From NCBI RefSeq assembly GCF_009914755.1, contig NC_060942.1: a stretch of DNA of 64,000 nt; one strand, written 5' to 3'. This stretch comes from the human T2T-CHM13v2.0 reference genome, Homo sapiens. This document shows positions 1 to 12,789 of the stretch, piece by piece (positions within the stretch are counted from its first letter, which is position 1; each line of letters starts with the position of its first letter). The notes beneath the pieces were generated by a model, which was given only the letters and a program-made list of their open reading frames with translations, was not told the origin of the DNA and ran no database searches. Made by a program: the position numbers and the translations under genes.

Positions 1-228
1 CACCAAAGATCACTGATCACAGATCTCCATAACAGGTGTAATAATAATGAAAACATTTGAAATATTTCAGGAATAACCAAAATGTGACACAGAGACCTGA
101 AGTGAGCACAGGCTGTTGGACAAATGGTGCTCAGGCTTGCTCCATGTAGGGTTGCCACAAACCTTCAACATGTGCATTATCTGGAAAGTACAATAAGGCA
201 AAGCACAATAAAACACATGGTATGCTTG
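1..228 (-). mobile_element. Tigger1 (TcMar-Tigger) DNA transposon terminal fragment, cut by the window edge
   Basis: Reverse complement resembles the Tigger1 end (CAGGCATACCTCGTTTTATTGCGCTT...GAAGGTTTGTGGCAACCCT...GTGATCAGTGATCTTTG); followed by TA at 229-230. Confidence 0.8.
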
Positions 229-354
229 TATCCCCAAATCCTAGTGGGAATGACCCTGAGTGGCACTTCCAAAATGTCCTAAAAGTGTGGTTTTCAGACT
301 AGGCTTCAAGAAGTCCTTCGGATTTCCGAGCCTTCACAGGTCTCATTGCACAAT

Positions 355-1105
355 ATGCATGTATGTATATGTGTCCCCATGTGAATGTGTGCATGTGTGT
401 GTTCATGTGTGTGCACATGTGCATGTGTTTGTGTGTGTTCACATGTGTATGTGTACCCACATGTATATGTGTGCAGGTGTAATGTGTGTGTAGGTGTGTA
501 TTGAAAATGTGTATGTGAGTGCAGGTGTGTATGTGTGTACACTTGTGTGTGTGCAAGTGTGAATTGCAGGTGTCCATGTGAGTGCAGGTGTGCATATGGG
601 TACAGGTGTCTGTGTGCAGGTGTGTATTGCAGGTGTGTGTGTGAGGTGCAGGTGTGTACATGTATACAGTTGTGTATGTGTGCAGGTGTGTATTGCAGGT
701 GTGTGTGTGAGGTGCAGGTGTGTACATGTATACAGTTGTGTATGTGTGCAGGTGTGTATTGTAAGTGTGTGTGAATGCAGGTGTGCATATGTGTTAATGC
801 ATGTATGAGTGTAGGTGGGCATATGTATACAGGTGTATGTGTGAGTGTAGGTGGGCATATGTATACAAGAGTGTGTCTATACAGCTGTGTGTGTGAGTTC
901 AGGTGTGCATATGTGTATAGGTGTGTGTGTGTGAGTGCAGTTGTGCATATGTGTATAGGTATGTGTGTGAGTGTAGGTGGGCATATGTACACAGGAGTGT
1001 GTCTATACAGCTGTGTGTGTGAGTGCAGGTGTGCATATGTGTATAGCTGTGTGCGTGAGTGCAGGTGTGCATTTGTGTATAGGTGTGTGTGTTTGCAGGT
1101 ATGCA
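355..1105. repeat. Complex (TG)n-based low-complexity minisatellite with higher-order units, including a 66-bp duplication
   Basis: GTGTGT/GCAGGTGT/GCATATGT motifs throughout; the 22-aa period in the His/Thr- and Cys/Val-rich ORFs reflects the 66-bp unit. Confidence 0.9.
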
Positions 1106-1528
1106 TACTGTGGTTGAGGGGAGAACAGGAAGAGAAGGAAGCTGACAACTTGTCACTCACTGCATTAGTCAGAGCAGTTATTTTTAATCACTTTACATAT
1201 GTATTTGAAATGTGCAATTTTGTTTTAATTAAGGGCTCTAGTGCTTAAAGGAAGGAAGAAAGTACAGGAAAGAGAAAAGAAGTTTGGACAGAAAGATGAG
1301 AGGAAATGAGAGAAGGAGGAAGGGAACAAAAATAGAAGAGAGAAAAAAATCATCTTAAAGGGAAAAGAGGAAAGGGTTTTATCTCACATTCTACTCTCAG
1401 ATGAACTGCCAGAATTCACCCCTCTGAGTTTGGCACAGTAATGTCTCCTGGGGTGGGGAGAGAGGAAATGACCTCAGCCCAGAGTCCCCGAGTGCGTGTA
1501 TCCAAATTATCATCCAAAGAACATGGAG

Positions 1529-1808
1529 GGCTGGATGCAGTGGCTCACACCTATAATCCCAACACTTTGGGAGGCCAAGGCTAGAGGGTCACTTGAGCCC
1601 AGGAGTTCAGGACCAGCCTTGGAAACACAGTGAGACATTGTCTCTACTAAAAATGAAAAAACAAATTAGCTGGGTGTGGTGATGTGAGCCTGTAGCCCCA
1701 GACGCTCAGGAGGCTGAGGTAAAAGGAGTTCAAGTTTGCAGTGAGCCATAACTGTGCCACCACACTGTAGCCTGGGTGACAGAGCAAGACATTGTGTCAA
1801 AACAAAAA
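1529..1808 (+). mobile_element. AluJ-type SINE with an internal deletion in the right arm
   Basis: GGCTGGATGCAGTGGCTCACACCTATAATCCC...CACTTGAGCCCAGGAGTT; A-rich linker and short tail. Confidence 0.85.
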
Positions 1809-3289
1809 ATGGAGATGTTTGCAAGGTGCATGGAACTGGGCTCTGGAGTGGGAGAAGGAATCATCTGTCAGTAGAGCTTCTGGCTTTCTCAGAGGAGTGG
1901 GTGTGAATCCCCCTGTGGCGTGTCCTGGAGCCCTCACTCCCATCTCATGCAGCTGTCCCATGACAGGCTGATCGCTGTCCCCCCTAGGAAGAGGCTAGGA
2001 ATGGGTATAATTGGAGAACCTGATGGCTCACAGACATACTCCATTTGAAAGGAAAAGCTTATTAATATATTTAGCAATAGGATTTAGGGAGGAGTTAATA
2101 AAAAAAATCTTTGAGGCTACAAGGGATAAGATCAAGGTAGAGAATGACAGTGATTAACTTTACTGAAATTTGCATAAATGAAAGTGTCATCATCAAACAG
2201 AAATGTAGCAAGCTTTGGGCTGATGGGTGCGTCTGGAGTCAGCTGTATTCCAAGGAGGCTTTCCATGGCAATCCAGGCCATCTGAACCTGGAAATTCTCA
2301 CTCGTCAGGATGAGTGAGAATCAGTCACTCATTCTGCTTCAGGATGCCTTCTGCTCCTCCCAGCCTGGGTACAGAACTGCGTGGATCCCCAGAGAGTTGA
2401 GAACCTAGTTGCAATGCATTGATGACTTTGTATTTAACAGGACTCCTTTCCCACTGAGACTTGTCCAACCAGACAAGCCCTCTGAAGAAGAACCAGATTG
2501 GGTTAGTGAAGAACAGACAGTTCACAATCATCTGATGAACTATGCAGGCCAAAGTGTCAGCTCCAGCCTTGAAAGAGTAATGCACGTTGATTGTTCACGT
2601 CAAGATGGAGACTGATTCAGTGTAGATGGAAGTCAAATGGTTTTCCTCCTAATTTTAGTTCAAAGCTAGATTAGTTTACTTGTTATCCTGCATGTATGTG
2701 AGGATTCATTTTTTTCCTAAGTAGTATATAGCATGAACACCATCTTGGCCCGCATTCCAAAATCTAGACTTCAAACTCAACTCAAGGAAAAATATCTCTT
2801 GTCTTTGCTCTCATTCCTCTTCTAATCCCATCCAAGTCCACAAGAGGATTTCAAACTTTGATTGTGAATCTTTATTGAGCTGGCCTATATAACTTCTGTC
2901 CGAATAGGGGAATAATCCACTGTACAGATAATGCCTAGTTTAGAGCAAGATCACAGTAGCCCCTGGCTCCAAGCGTGCTAGGCTTACAGGAATGGAGTGG
3001 GTGGAGTGAAGAGGGTCTATATATTCTGCTGTGTTTGTCTTCCAGATAGCAAAGGCTACATTAGCCCTTTTAAACAACTCACAACTATTTCTTCTTCTAT
3101 TTCATAAACCCCATGAGGGACAAAAATCCCACCCTCTGTAATAGTTCTGAGCGTCAGGGCCTGGCACCACCAAACACAACCGTCTGGGCTGACACTGATC
3201 CCAGAGAGAAAGCCAAGCACAGCCTCTGGTCTGATGAAGTGCCTATCTGTGGAGTTCATATGCCTATGATGTTTTATAGATTTAAAGTG

Positions 3290-3465
3290 CTTTCGGATTC
3301 ATTTAATTCTCACAACTGAGTGTCACTGTTACCATGTCTGTGTCAGAGACTGTGAAAATGAGACTCAGGGAGGCTGGCTCACATGAGTGCATCACATGGC
3401 CATCAGCAGGACAAACTTAAGCTCGGGTCTCCTGATTGCAGAGCCCAGGTCCTTTTCCACGGCCC
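3290..3465. mobile_element. MIR SINE fragment
   Basis: GAAAATGAGACTCAGGGAGG...TCTCCTGATTGCAGAGCCC...TTTTCCAC resembles the MIR core. Confidence 0.55.
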
Positions 3466-4585
3466 CAGAATGCTGGTCATCAGCAGAAAGACACGTGAGG
3501 CCAGTAAACGCCTCTTTTCAACTCAACAGCATTTACTGATGGCCTCCCTTATCCTGCTCTGAACTGGGGTGTGGGGCGTGGGGATTACACACCCATGGAA
3601 CGGTAAGCCTTTTCCCTCAGAGAGTCCCTAATGGGAGGGAGAGACAGTCCAGTAGACAGCCGTTAGCATCCAGGCCTCAGTGCTGCCATGGGCTTAGGTC
3701 AGGGGACGGGGTGCTATACCTCTTGGACCTCAGGGAGGAAACCCACCCCTACTCTGGACTCCCAGCCCCACAGAGCCTCGCAGAGCTGCGTGCAGTGCAG
3801 GTGCTTAAGAAGCACTAGCTGACAAGGGAATCTACAATCAGCCAGAAGAAATGAGACCCTGTGATTGGCATTTGAGAACAGTTCCCTTTCAGGGGTTTTT
3901 TTTTTTTTCTTTAGGATTAAAATCTTAGAGTTAGTTGTCTAAAAAAAAAGGTAAATATTTTATGTGATTCTCTCCTTGGATTGTGAACTCCTTGAGGTTA
4001 CTCTCTCACCACCCAGAACAGCACCATAAAAGCACAATAAATATTTCATAAGGTTCTATATTAGGTTGCCAATGCCCGAAAATGGCTCTCCCTACTTGCC
4101 CAATAATAGGCCTAGGAACCAGTCAGAGGAAGCCCTTCTTCTCCCTCTGCCTCAGCTGCTGCTCCCCCACCCAGAACACTGAAAGGCCAGGTTATGCTGT
4201 GCCAAGGGAAGCTGAATCATTTCAAAGACATGAGTTAGATTTCCCTCCTCTTTTCCCCATCTATAGCTTCAAACCTAAATAAAATTATAGGCTCAGAATC
4301 GTTGAGATCATCTGGTTGCAACTTAATGAAGACAGTGAAACCCAAAATGAGAAGGGCAAATAACATTAACTATACGAAGGTTTTAGTTACTGCTATTATT
4401 AGGTGAGTTTCTGAAATAGAATGAGGATTGTGGATTGGAATTAACGGAAAACACTAGAAGAAACCACAATTTAAATGAAATCACAAAAGACTCAAGCCAA
4501 ATGTTATGAAAATTACTTGTCTGTAAGTCATATCCCCACCATGATGCAGCCATTCTCAAGCTTGCTGAAATTGAAAGAAAATAAT

Positions 4586-4637
4586 ATGTACACACACAAG
4601 CGCGCAAGCGCGCGTACGCACGCACGTGCACGTGCAT
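4586..4637. repeat. Alternating purine-pyrimidine (CA/CG) tract
   Basis: TGTACACACACAAGCGCGCAAGCGCGCGTACGCACGCACGTGCACGTGCAT. Confidence 0.85.
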
Positions 4638-5329
4638 TATTTGTCTATCTATCAATAATCCATTTTTCTAGCTAATCTATCTATCTTGTATTAGAAAGGG
4701 AAAAGTATTGCTAACCAAAGCCCCAAATTTCCTGAAGAGGTCTGGAATTACACTATAACATTTTCAGAGGTATCTGGTACCATGTCAATTCTTCAGGGTT
4801 TTACCTTCTCACAAAAAGGGAATTTGTCCAACACTTGGAGATATTATACCTTTATTTATATTCATCAAAGAGATTGACTTGGTTCTTGTTTTGTCCTGGT
4901 AATGTCTCAAGATTGCTGTCTCCTTCTGTGCAATTTGTAAACAAAATGATATTTTATTTCTTAAGTCGTATTTATATACACAAAAGCTAAAGCTATTACA
5001 AAATCCTGGGATTCATTTTCCTTACTAGCTACCTAAATAGCTAAAGGTTTTTTTAATTTTAAAAACAGGTTGTAGTTATTTCTTAATAGATAATATAAAA
5101 ATTATTTTAAACTCCAAGAACTTGTTTTAATAATCACTATAGATCTAGATATCTTTATCCTAAGGTGTTCATTAAATGTTGTTAACATAAAACTAGACAG
5201 CTAGCAAAAATATCATGTAATTTGACAGCCAGGACTTCAAATAATCAGTAATACTATAATGTGGCCACAAACCTAAGATTCTGTAAGTGCTGGTTTAAGC
5301 CAACAGGAACTTGATTCTCTGTGATTTTC

Positions 5330-5697
5330 CCCCACATTTGGATCCCCAGAGTCTCTCTTCTCCATCTTTACATCCCTTTGTTTAGTTCCCACTTACAAGC
5401 CAGAACATGTGATATTTGATTTTCTACTTCTTCATTAGTTCACTTAAGATCATGGCCTCCTCCAGCTCCATCCATGTTGCTGCAAAAGACATGATTTTGT
5501 TCTTTTTTATAGATGCATAGTATGGTGTGAGACAGGTGAGGAATGAAAAATTATCTACTTGGTACAAGGCTCAAAACTTGAGTGATGGGTACACCAGAGG
5601 CCCAATCCCCACCATTACAAATGTAATGCCCATGTAACAAACAAGCATATGTGTCCCCTGAATCTAAAATCATATTAAGTTAAACTTAAAAAAAAGA
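5330..5697 (+). mobile_element. Old L1 (L1PB/L1MA-like) 3' UTR fragment with an inverted 5' part
   Basis: About 5330-5525 is antisense L1 3' UTR; about 5530-5697 is the sense 3' end (CCCATGTAACAAAC...CCCCTGAATCTAAAAT) plus an A tail. Confidence 0.7.
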
Positions 5698-5731
5698 AAT
5701 GGGGAATATCTTTGAATTTCAAACCTGATAC

Positions 5732-6247
5732 TGAGGTAGGAATTAGGCAGGATTGGTTTTGCAAGGTACAGGTCACAAAGACCCCACTGATAAAATATGT
5801 GGTACAGACACCAGCCAAAACCTGCCAAAAACCAAGATGGCAAGGAAAAGGACCTCTGGCCATCCTGACTGCTCTTTATACAGTAATTGTAATACATTAG
5901 CATATTAAAGGAGACTCCCACCAGTGCCATGATAGTTTACGAATGCCATGGCAACCTCTGGAAGTTACCCTAGGTGGTGTGAAAGGGGGAGAAACCCTCA
6001 GTTCCAGGAATTGCCTGCTCTTTCCCAGAAAACTCATGAATAATCTACCCCGTGGTTAGCATATAATCAATAAATAACCATAAAAATAACCAACCAGCAG
6101 CCCTTGGGCAGCTCTGCCTACAGAGTAGCCACCTTTTTATTCCTTTACTTTCTTAACAAACTTGCTTTCACTTCACTCTGTCCACCAACACATGAATTTC
6201 TTCCTGTGAGAAGCCAAGAACCCAATTTTGGGGTTCTCCCTGTGACA
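5732..6247 (+). mobile_element. MER41-family solo LTR (ERV1)
   Basis: TG...CA ends; MER41 motifs CCAAAACCAAGATGGC, GCCATGGCAAC..GGAAGTTACCCTA, AACTTGCTTTCACTT, CCAAGAACCC. Confidence 0.85.
6002..6030. promoter_or_regulatory. Tandem GAS (STAT) motifs inside the MER41 LTR
   Basis: TTCCAGGAA (6002-6010) and TTCCCAGAA (6022-6030) both fit TTCNNNGAA. Confidence 0.6.
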
Positions 6248-7574
6248 GCACCACCACAAATGTGTATCTCCCAAGACATTCAAAGGAGAGATGCACAGAA
6301 GCTGAACTAGTTAACATCAGCTGCTGTGGGTTCTTTCCTCCTCTGTAGCTGTCGGAATCTCTGGGTTCTGTTGATGGAACAAGGAGGGAATATTCTCAGA
6401 GCACAAAGAGAAGCTGTTCTGCCCCCAAAGTTTGTAATCACTCATATTGGAGCTACCTTTCATTTTTCAGCAAAGCACCTATGCATAGAATTCCTGTTTT
6501 TTAATAGGGCTTTCTAAGATTTTGCCTTTTTTTATTCTGTTGATTTTATTTTGTTGCTTTTACAAGACATATTTTTAACATCACTCAGTTCTGGTAAGTG
6601 GCAATGATATTATCTCATCTGGGTTGTCCAGGCAATTGTCACTGACTGAAAATAAATAAGAGAGAAATTTGCATAGTAATAAGGGTACACAGACAAAAAT
6701 AATTGCAATTTATCTTTACGACAAATGGATCAGTTATTAGCCTAGGAGGAGGGAATAGGAATCATCACCCCGATATTGAAAGGCAAATAAAGAGCTGGCC
6801 TGTTAGAAAGTATAATATTTATGATTGAAATTCTCATAATAGTTCTGAGTATGGACAATTTCAGAGTACATTTGGGAAAACATCCCTAGGATAACAGTGT
6901 TTAACTGTTTTATAATTGCTTTGGAACCAAATAGAATCTGGTGCTAATGTTTTTATTAATAAAGGAAAGGTTAAACATGAGCAAATAGCTATAATTGTTC
7001 ATTAAAAATGCTAACCATGTGAAATCCTTGCAATGGCTAAAGGTATTAATAATGGAGTGCAGTTTTTTTTTCTCCAATGGCAAATTGAAGTCACAGTGAC
7101 ATGAGAATTTGAGGTAGAAGTTTTGGCATATCAAGTATTCATTGTATCATCAGGGTCTCATATGGCTTGGTGAGTACTCAAGTCATAAAGGCTTGCAAGC
7201 AGATTGGTGTATTCAGGAGCAGTGCCATCTTGCTCTAAAACTATATAACACCTGTTGCTGGGAAAGAGGAAATGTGAGAACATGTCATTCCAGCATTTAT
7301 TCATAAAAATGCTCTGTCGTTTTACACTGCTCTCCAGTTTACCTTGAGACTCGGCACTCAGCTCCCTTTCCCTTCGCTTTCACCTTGGGATATTGTGTTG
7401 CTCAGATGTTCATAAACCTTGGAACCACCTTTAACACAGACAGAAATTGTTTAAAGAACTGAGATTCCTTCCAGTTCTGAAAGATATCGAAGTTTCTGAG
7501 TCTACTTGGAAAAATGACTTCTTTCACCAGGATCTACCTCATTCCTGTATACTGAATTCATCTGTCATCCGACT

Positions 7575-7742
7575 TCCTCACCATTCCAGTGTGGTTCCTG
7601 GGCCAGCTGCCTCAGCATCATCCCGGAGCTCATTAGAAATGCAGATCCTCAGGCCCATCCCAAACACACTGAATCCAAATCTTTGTTTTAAGGAGATCCT
7701 CTGTGGATTCACATTATATGTATCTGAAAGTTTGGGAGGTAT
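7575..7742. mobile_element. MER5A-like hAT-Charlie MITE
   Basis: AGTGTGGTTCC...CAGCATCA..GGAGCTCATTAGAAATGCAGAT.CTCAGGCCC...ACTGAATC...AAAGTTTG. Confidence 0.75.
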
Positions 7743-8357
7743 TAGCCTACTTGACCTCCGAGATTCTGTGCACACATCCGACTTGACCACCAAAATTCCA
7801 CTTCACTTTCTAACAAGGGCCTTTGCATGTTGGCTCCCACATGCTTGGGTTCCTTTGGGCCCAGTAACTGTAGGGAAATGGATGTTCTTCTAGTCGTGGA
7901 CCAAGCCTTCCCTGTTTTTATTTCTCTACTGGACTGCTGTAACTCTTTCAGTCTTTACATACACCTGAATCCTAGTGATTTGTAACCCTACTGAAGGCAT
8001 ACCCATGAGGTGTTGTGGTCAAGGGAACATAGTCCAGCAACTAAAGAGTAATTTCAACATGAATTACATTTGTTTTTCTCAAATATCATGAAGTGATCAC
8101 GTTGTAAAATTCCTTTTTCTTTCTCTCACATCTATTTTCTTCACATTCCATGGTACTTCCAACTCTTTCTCCCTCATAGTTTCTGAAAAGCTGCTTAACC
8201 TAAAACTTCTTCCACAGCCCTAGATTGCCTATTTCTCCTTTTAACCTCTTTTCTTGTCCCTTAATTCTGCATCTAGAAGGATGAAGAAACCAGTTGGCTG
8301 AGAGGGAACCCTTCTTGAAAAGGATGGGGACAGGCAGGGTTACTTACCACTATACTA

Positions 8358-9080
8358 ATGAGGAGGTTCCTAAAGAAATTAAAAATGAGATTACTGTATG
8401 ACTCAGCAATCCCTTTCATCTCCCAAAGGAGATGAAATCATCACCTTGTAAAGATACCTGCACTCCCATGTTTACCGCAGCATTATTCATGATAGCTAAG
8501 AGATGGAAACAAGCTAACTGTCCATTGAGGAATGACTGGATAAAGAAACCGTGGTATGTATATATATACAACAGAATAAATCTGCTCTAAAAAAGAACAA
8601 AATATTTCCATTTGTCACAACATGGATGAATCTGGAGGACACTATGCTAAGTGAAATAAGCCATACCCAAAGAAAAATATTGAATGATCTCACTCATACG
8701 TGGAATCTAAAAAAAAAAAAAAAACAAATATACAGAGAGAGAGAACAAAACGGTGGTTACCAGAGACAGGATGGGTGGAGTGGAAATGGATAGATACAGG
8801 TCAGAGGATACAAAGTAGCTGATATGTAGGATGAACAAGTCTGGAGATTTAATGTATAACGTGAGGACTACACCTGATAGAATTGTACCATATTTGGGGT
8901 TCACGCTAAATGAGCAGATTTTAACTGCTCTTGCCACAAAAGCAAAAAAGGGTCACTATGTGAGATGATAAATATGATCATTTGTTTTACTACAGTAACC
9001 ATTTTACTATTTATACATATCCCATAACATCATGTTGTATACCTTAAATGTACATAATACAATTTATTTTTTAAAAAGAA
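8358..9080 (+). mobile_element. L1MA-type LINE 3' end
   Basis: Degenerate ORF2 C-terminus (TTWMNLEDTMLSEIS) followed by an L1M 3' UTR ending TTGTATACCTTAAAT. Confidence 0.8.
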
Positions 9081-9211
9081 AGGGATGGGGAGGGAAGGAA
9101 TGGAATGAACAAAGATCATGGTGCCCAGAAAACCTGGAGACTTGCTTGTTAATAACATTCTCCCTGTCCCATATGCCTATTCGGTGTCTGCATTTCTTGC
9201 TTGTGTATGGT

Positions 9212-9860
9212 CTGTGGCAGAGACAGCTAGCACCCATCAGATTTCAGCTCTCCTTTTCTTCCTGAGCATTCAGCTGGAATACATTTCCCAGCCTCCTTGA
9301 TTCTAGGTGAGGGCAGGTGAAGAGTTTCTCATCAGCGAAATGTGAGCCCACAGGGTGTGTCACTGCAGAGCTGAGGCATCTGTGAGTGGATGTGCCTTCT
9401 CTCTTTTCCTTTATTTGCTGCCCAAATATAGAGGTCTCAGTGGAGGACACCCAAGTCCTAGGGCAATGGCTGTTAACCCATGGCAGAGGAGTTCAGGAGG
9501 TGCTTTTGACCTTCAAATGACATTTGACAATGTCTGGAGACATTTCTGGTTGTCATAACTAAGAGGTGTTACTGGCACCCAGTGAGTGGAGCCCAGAGGT
9601 GCTGCTAAACATTCTACAATCCACAGGACAGCCCCTCACAACAAAGAATCATCCAGCCCAGTAGGACTGAGTTTGAGAAGCCCTGTCCTAGGAGATGGTG
9701 GAGCCATGAGAGGAAAGGAGGCTGGATCCTCTAACGGAGCATCACAAGACCCAACTAATGAAATGCTTTGAGGGGAGTTAGCAAGAGGCCCTTTGTGGGC
9801 AAAGCCACTGAGGTCTGAGGGTCACTTATTTCAGCAGTTAGCCTACCCTGACTGAGCATA
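9212..9860. mobile_element. MLT1 (MaLR) LTR interrupted by MER20
   Basis: TACATTTCCCAGCCTCCTTG, GGAGATGGTGGAGCCA..AGGAAAGGAGGCTGGATCC and AAGCCACTGAG motifs lie on both sides of the MER20. Confidence 0.65.
9464..9685. mobile_element. MER20 hAT-Charlie MITE
   Basis: GACATTTGACAATGTCTGGAGACATTT...GCTGCTAAACAT...ACAACAAAGAAT; 8-bp TSD TCCTAGGG (9456-9463) / TCCTAGGA (9686-9693). Confidence 0.85.
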
Positions 9861-12254
9861 TAGCATTCCATCTAGAACTGAGTCCTGTGGAGCTTCTGCG
9901 GGGCTGCTGTGCAGAGCCACCTAGCAAGCTTTATTAGAATGGTCCATTTTATTCAGAGACTTTGCAATAAGCTGAGCATTGTTATGAAAATAAGATGTTT
10001 CCATTAGAAGCAGCAGATGTTTACCGTAAGCCTCGTGAATTTCTGTCACTACACATCAGAGCTGACTCCAGGGCTATAAGTGGGTACCTAGGTTTATTCA
10101 GGAATCATTTGCTACAGCTAATCTCACTGCAGCCCTCTCCCCCATCATTACAAAAGTAGGGGGCAAATTGGTCTCGATTACATGCATGAAGAGGCTTTAT
10201 TTGGGATTAATGTTATGGTGCCACCTCCATTGCAATTCTTTCTCAATTGAGGGAAGGCACATCCTTTGATGATTCAGACTAAAATGTTCTTTTTGGTTTT
10301 ATAAAAATCACAGACAACTGAAAAAGAAGCCGCATTCTTCACAAGCTCCTACAACCTAGCATATAAAGGTCAATGACTTGCTGCAGTGTGATTGTAATTG
10401 ATGGTTGCATATCACTAGATTGACTTATGCATGTTCCTATACATGAAGAAGCTCATGCTGAGTGGATAAGTGCCTTGCCCAAGTCCCTCGGTCAGCAATA
10501 GGACAGAGGTAAAAACCCATGTTGCTTAACAGCCTCTGTTGCCTTGCACCTTCCGGTTGCTTTTAGAAGCAACATTCCCAGTATCATGTCTGTGTGCTGC
10601 CACTTTCATTTATGGAGCATTTTGCTGCTCCACTAGGCAATTAGAGAATGAGCCTCTGCAGTGTCACATTGATCTTTCCTGTTCAGATGTATCTCTAGCT
10701 GTTAACATTTCATTATAATCAAGGTTTTCTTGAGTTCTCCGTGACCCTTGACTCATCAAGTTCCCAGACCTCTGAATGCTGTGAGTTAATTAATTTTGCT
10801 GTCTGATGTGAACATGTAAAACTGGCATGGAACCTGGAGTCTTGATGGGAAGATAGTTTGGTGATCACATTATTTTTCATATGAAGTCAGATTTATCGGA
10901 AACACCAACAGAGGAGCAATTTAACAAAACAGTTCTCTCTAATCCCAACAGAGTGGCACTAGGTTTGCAAATAAATGTTAAAAGAAGGACTATATTCAGT
11001 TATATGTAAATATCACTGCTGAATGCCACTCTTCTTGAAGGACAAAGGCATCTATTACTCAAGGAGATAGCCTGATACATTACTCGTAGACTATGGGATA
11101 CAGCCATGTGCATATGCTCAGGTACTAACCCCAGCTCCACTTAGTCTCCCCTCCAAGGCAGGTCCTACTGTCAGCTCCTGAATAGTGCAAAGCAGGTGAC
11201 AGTAGCTCACTCATACAGGAGATAAGCCAGTTATGGATTAAGAACTGACTATAACATGTCCTTTAAATCCAAAGATGAAACTACTACAGAGAAGGCAGGG
11301 AGAGGGTCTTGCAGTCCTCTCTGCACTGTGGGCAGCTCTGGGCTTCTTGCATATTCAGCCACCGCTGTGTTTTCAGCATCTCTCACCGTCTGTAGCCCTG
11401 CCACCCATTAGGAGGCCTAAAGCCTCTGATAAAGAAGAGCCTTTCCTTTTTTGTTCTTTTTTTATGCAAAAGTAACTGTTCTCTTTGATAACTTGGTTCC
11501 ACTAAACACTGCAACTATGCTACCTATTTCAAGTGATCTTTTTTCTTGTTTATATCTCTTGTTGTAAACTCTCTTAAATTCAACATATTCCTCCTGTTGA
11601 ATAAAGGAGCATGCTCACCCAGAATAAGCCTGGATCCAACCCCCTGGAAGTGTACAGGGGCAAAAAGAGATTGAAGGCAAATCAATGGGATATATTACAG
11701 CATGTTGTTGGTGGTAATTGTGGTCTTCCTTTAAATTTTAGTATGCTTTCCTGCCAACTCTGATGAAAGTAGGGAAGAGACTAAATTTCATGTCTGGGTA
11801 AGTTTAAGTCTTATAGAAAATGGGTCAGTAGATGGTAGGGTAAGAGGCTGTATCTGAATGTAGTATATGTTTGCTTGATTAGCAAATCAATGCACATTTA
11901 TAGGGTGGGAAAGAGTTGATGAAGAAAAGAAACATCTTGATGCTTAGTTAGGTATCACTGAACCAGGAACTAGCAGATCAAAGGCTGTAAGCTTCATGAA
12001 CCACACTTGCTTCAGGGTTCCATTCTCATTAGCTGGTGGAATGAAGGAGGACTTTGCTAAAGCTCTTGTTTTAGTTCCCGACGCTACTGTCCTTCCCTCC
12101 AACCCTTCTTCACTTCTGGAGTGCCTTCTATGAAAATTTATCTGACTTCATTCTCCCCATTTATGTGTTTGTTACATATGATAAACACCTCATAGACTTC
12201 TGATTTGATGCTGAGGACTTAGAATAGTCTAGAACTTCTGCTTTTGATCACACA

Positions 12255-12460
12255 CATTTATGCTGAATTCCAGTTTCATCGCTTAGTTACCATATGTTTT
12301 TGGAGAAGATACTTAATTTTTCTGAGTTGTTTCCTCAACTGCAGAGTATAGCTAATAATAGTTAACTACTTTATAGGATTTTTGGATAAATTAAAATAAA
12401 TATATGCAAAATGCTTAGCAACAGACCTGGCATATATCAAGTATTTGATGAAAAATACTT
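12255..12460. mobile_element. MIR fragment
   Basis: TACTTAAT..TCTGAG..GTTTCCTCA.CTG...GGATAAATTAAAATAA...ATGCTTAGCA.AG.CCTGGCA. Confidence 0.6.
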
Positions 12461-12789
12461 GTTTATGGGTTTTGCTTATGCTTATTCCTATTATAATTTT
12501 TATTGTTACTATCATGAGGCTGGTCAGCTCTATTGTCAAAATGTACCTTGAATCCAGCCAGCCTTACCTGCCTCTCCATTGCCTTCCTAGTTCGAGCCAC
12601 TGTCATCCCTGGCCTGGAATTCTTCAGTACTTTTCTGAACCATCTTCCTGCTTCCATGCTTTTTTAAATCTATTCCTCATACAGCAGCCAGGGCCATCTT
12701 TAATAATTTTTTTATCAGATCCTATGACTCTCTCATTTAAAACATCCAATGTACCTAAAAGGAAGTTCATACCCCTTACCTAAGACTGC

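Noticed and set aside
260-1248. Long His/Thr- and Cys/Val-rich ORFs (up to 284 aa)
   Set aside because: They are translations of a TG/CA minisatellite that is open in several frames on both strands. The same applies at 37416-37916, 55235-55514 and 28058-28519.
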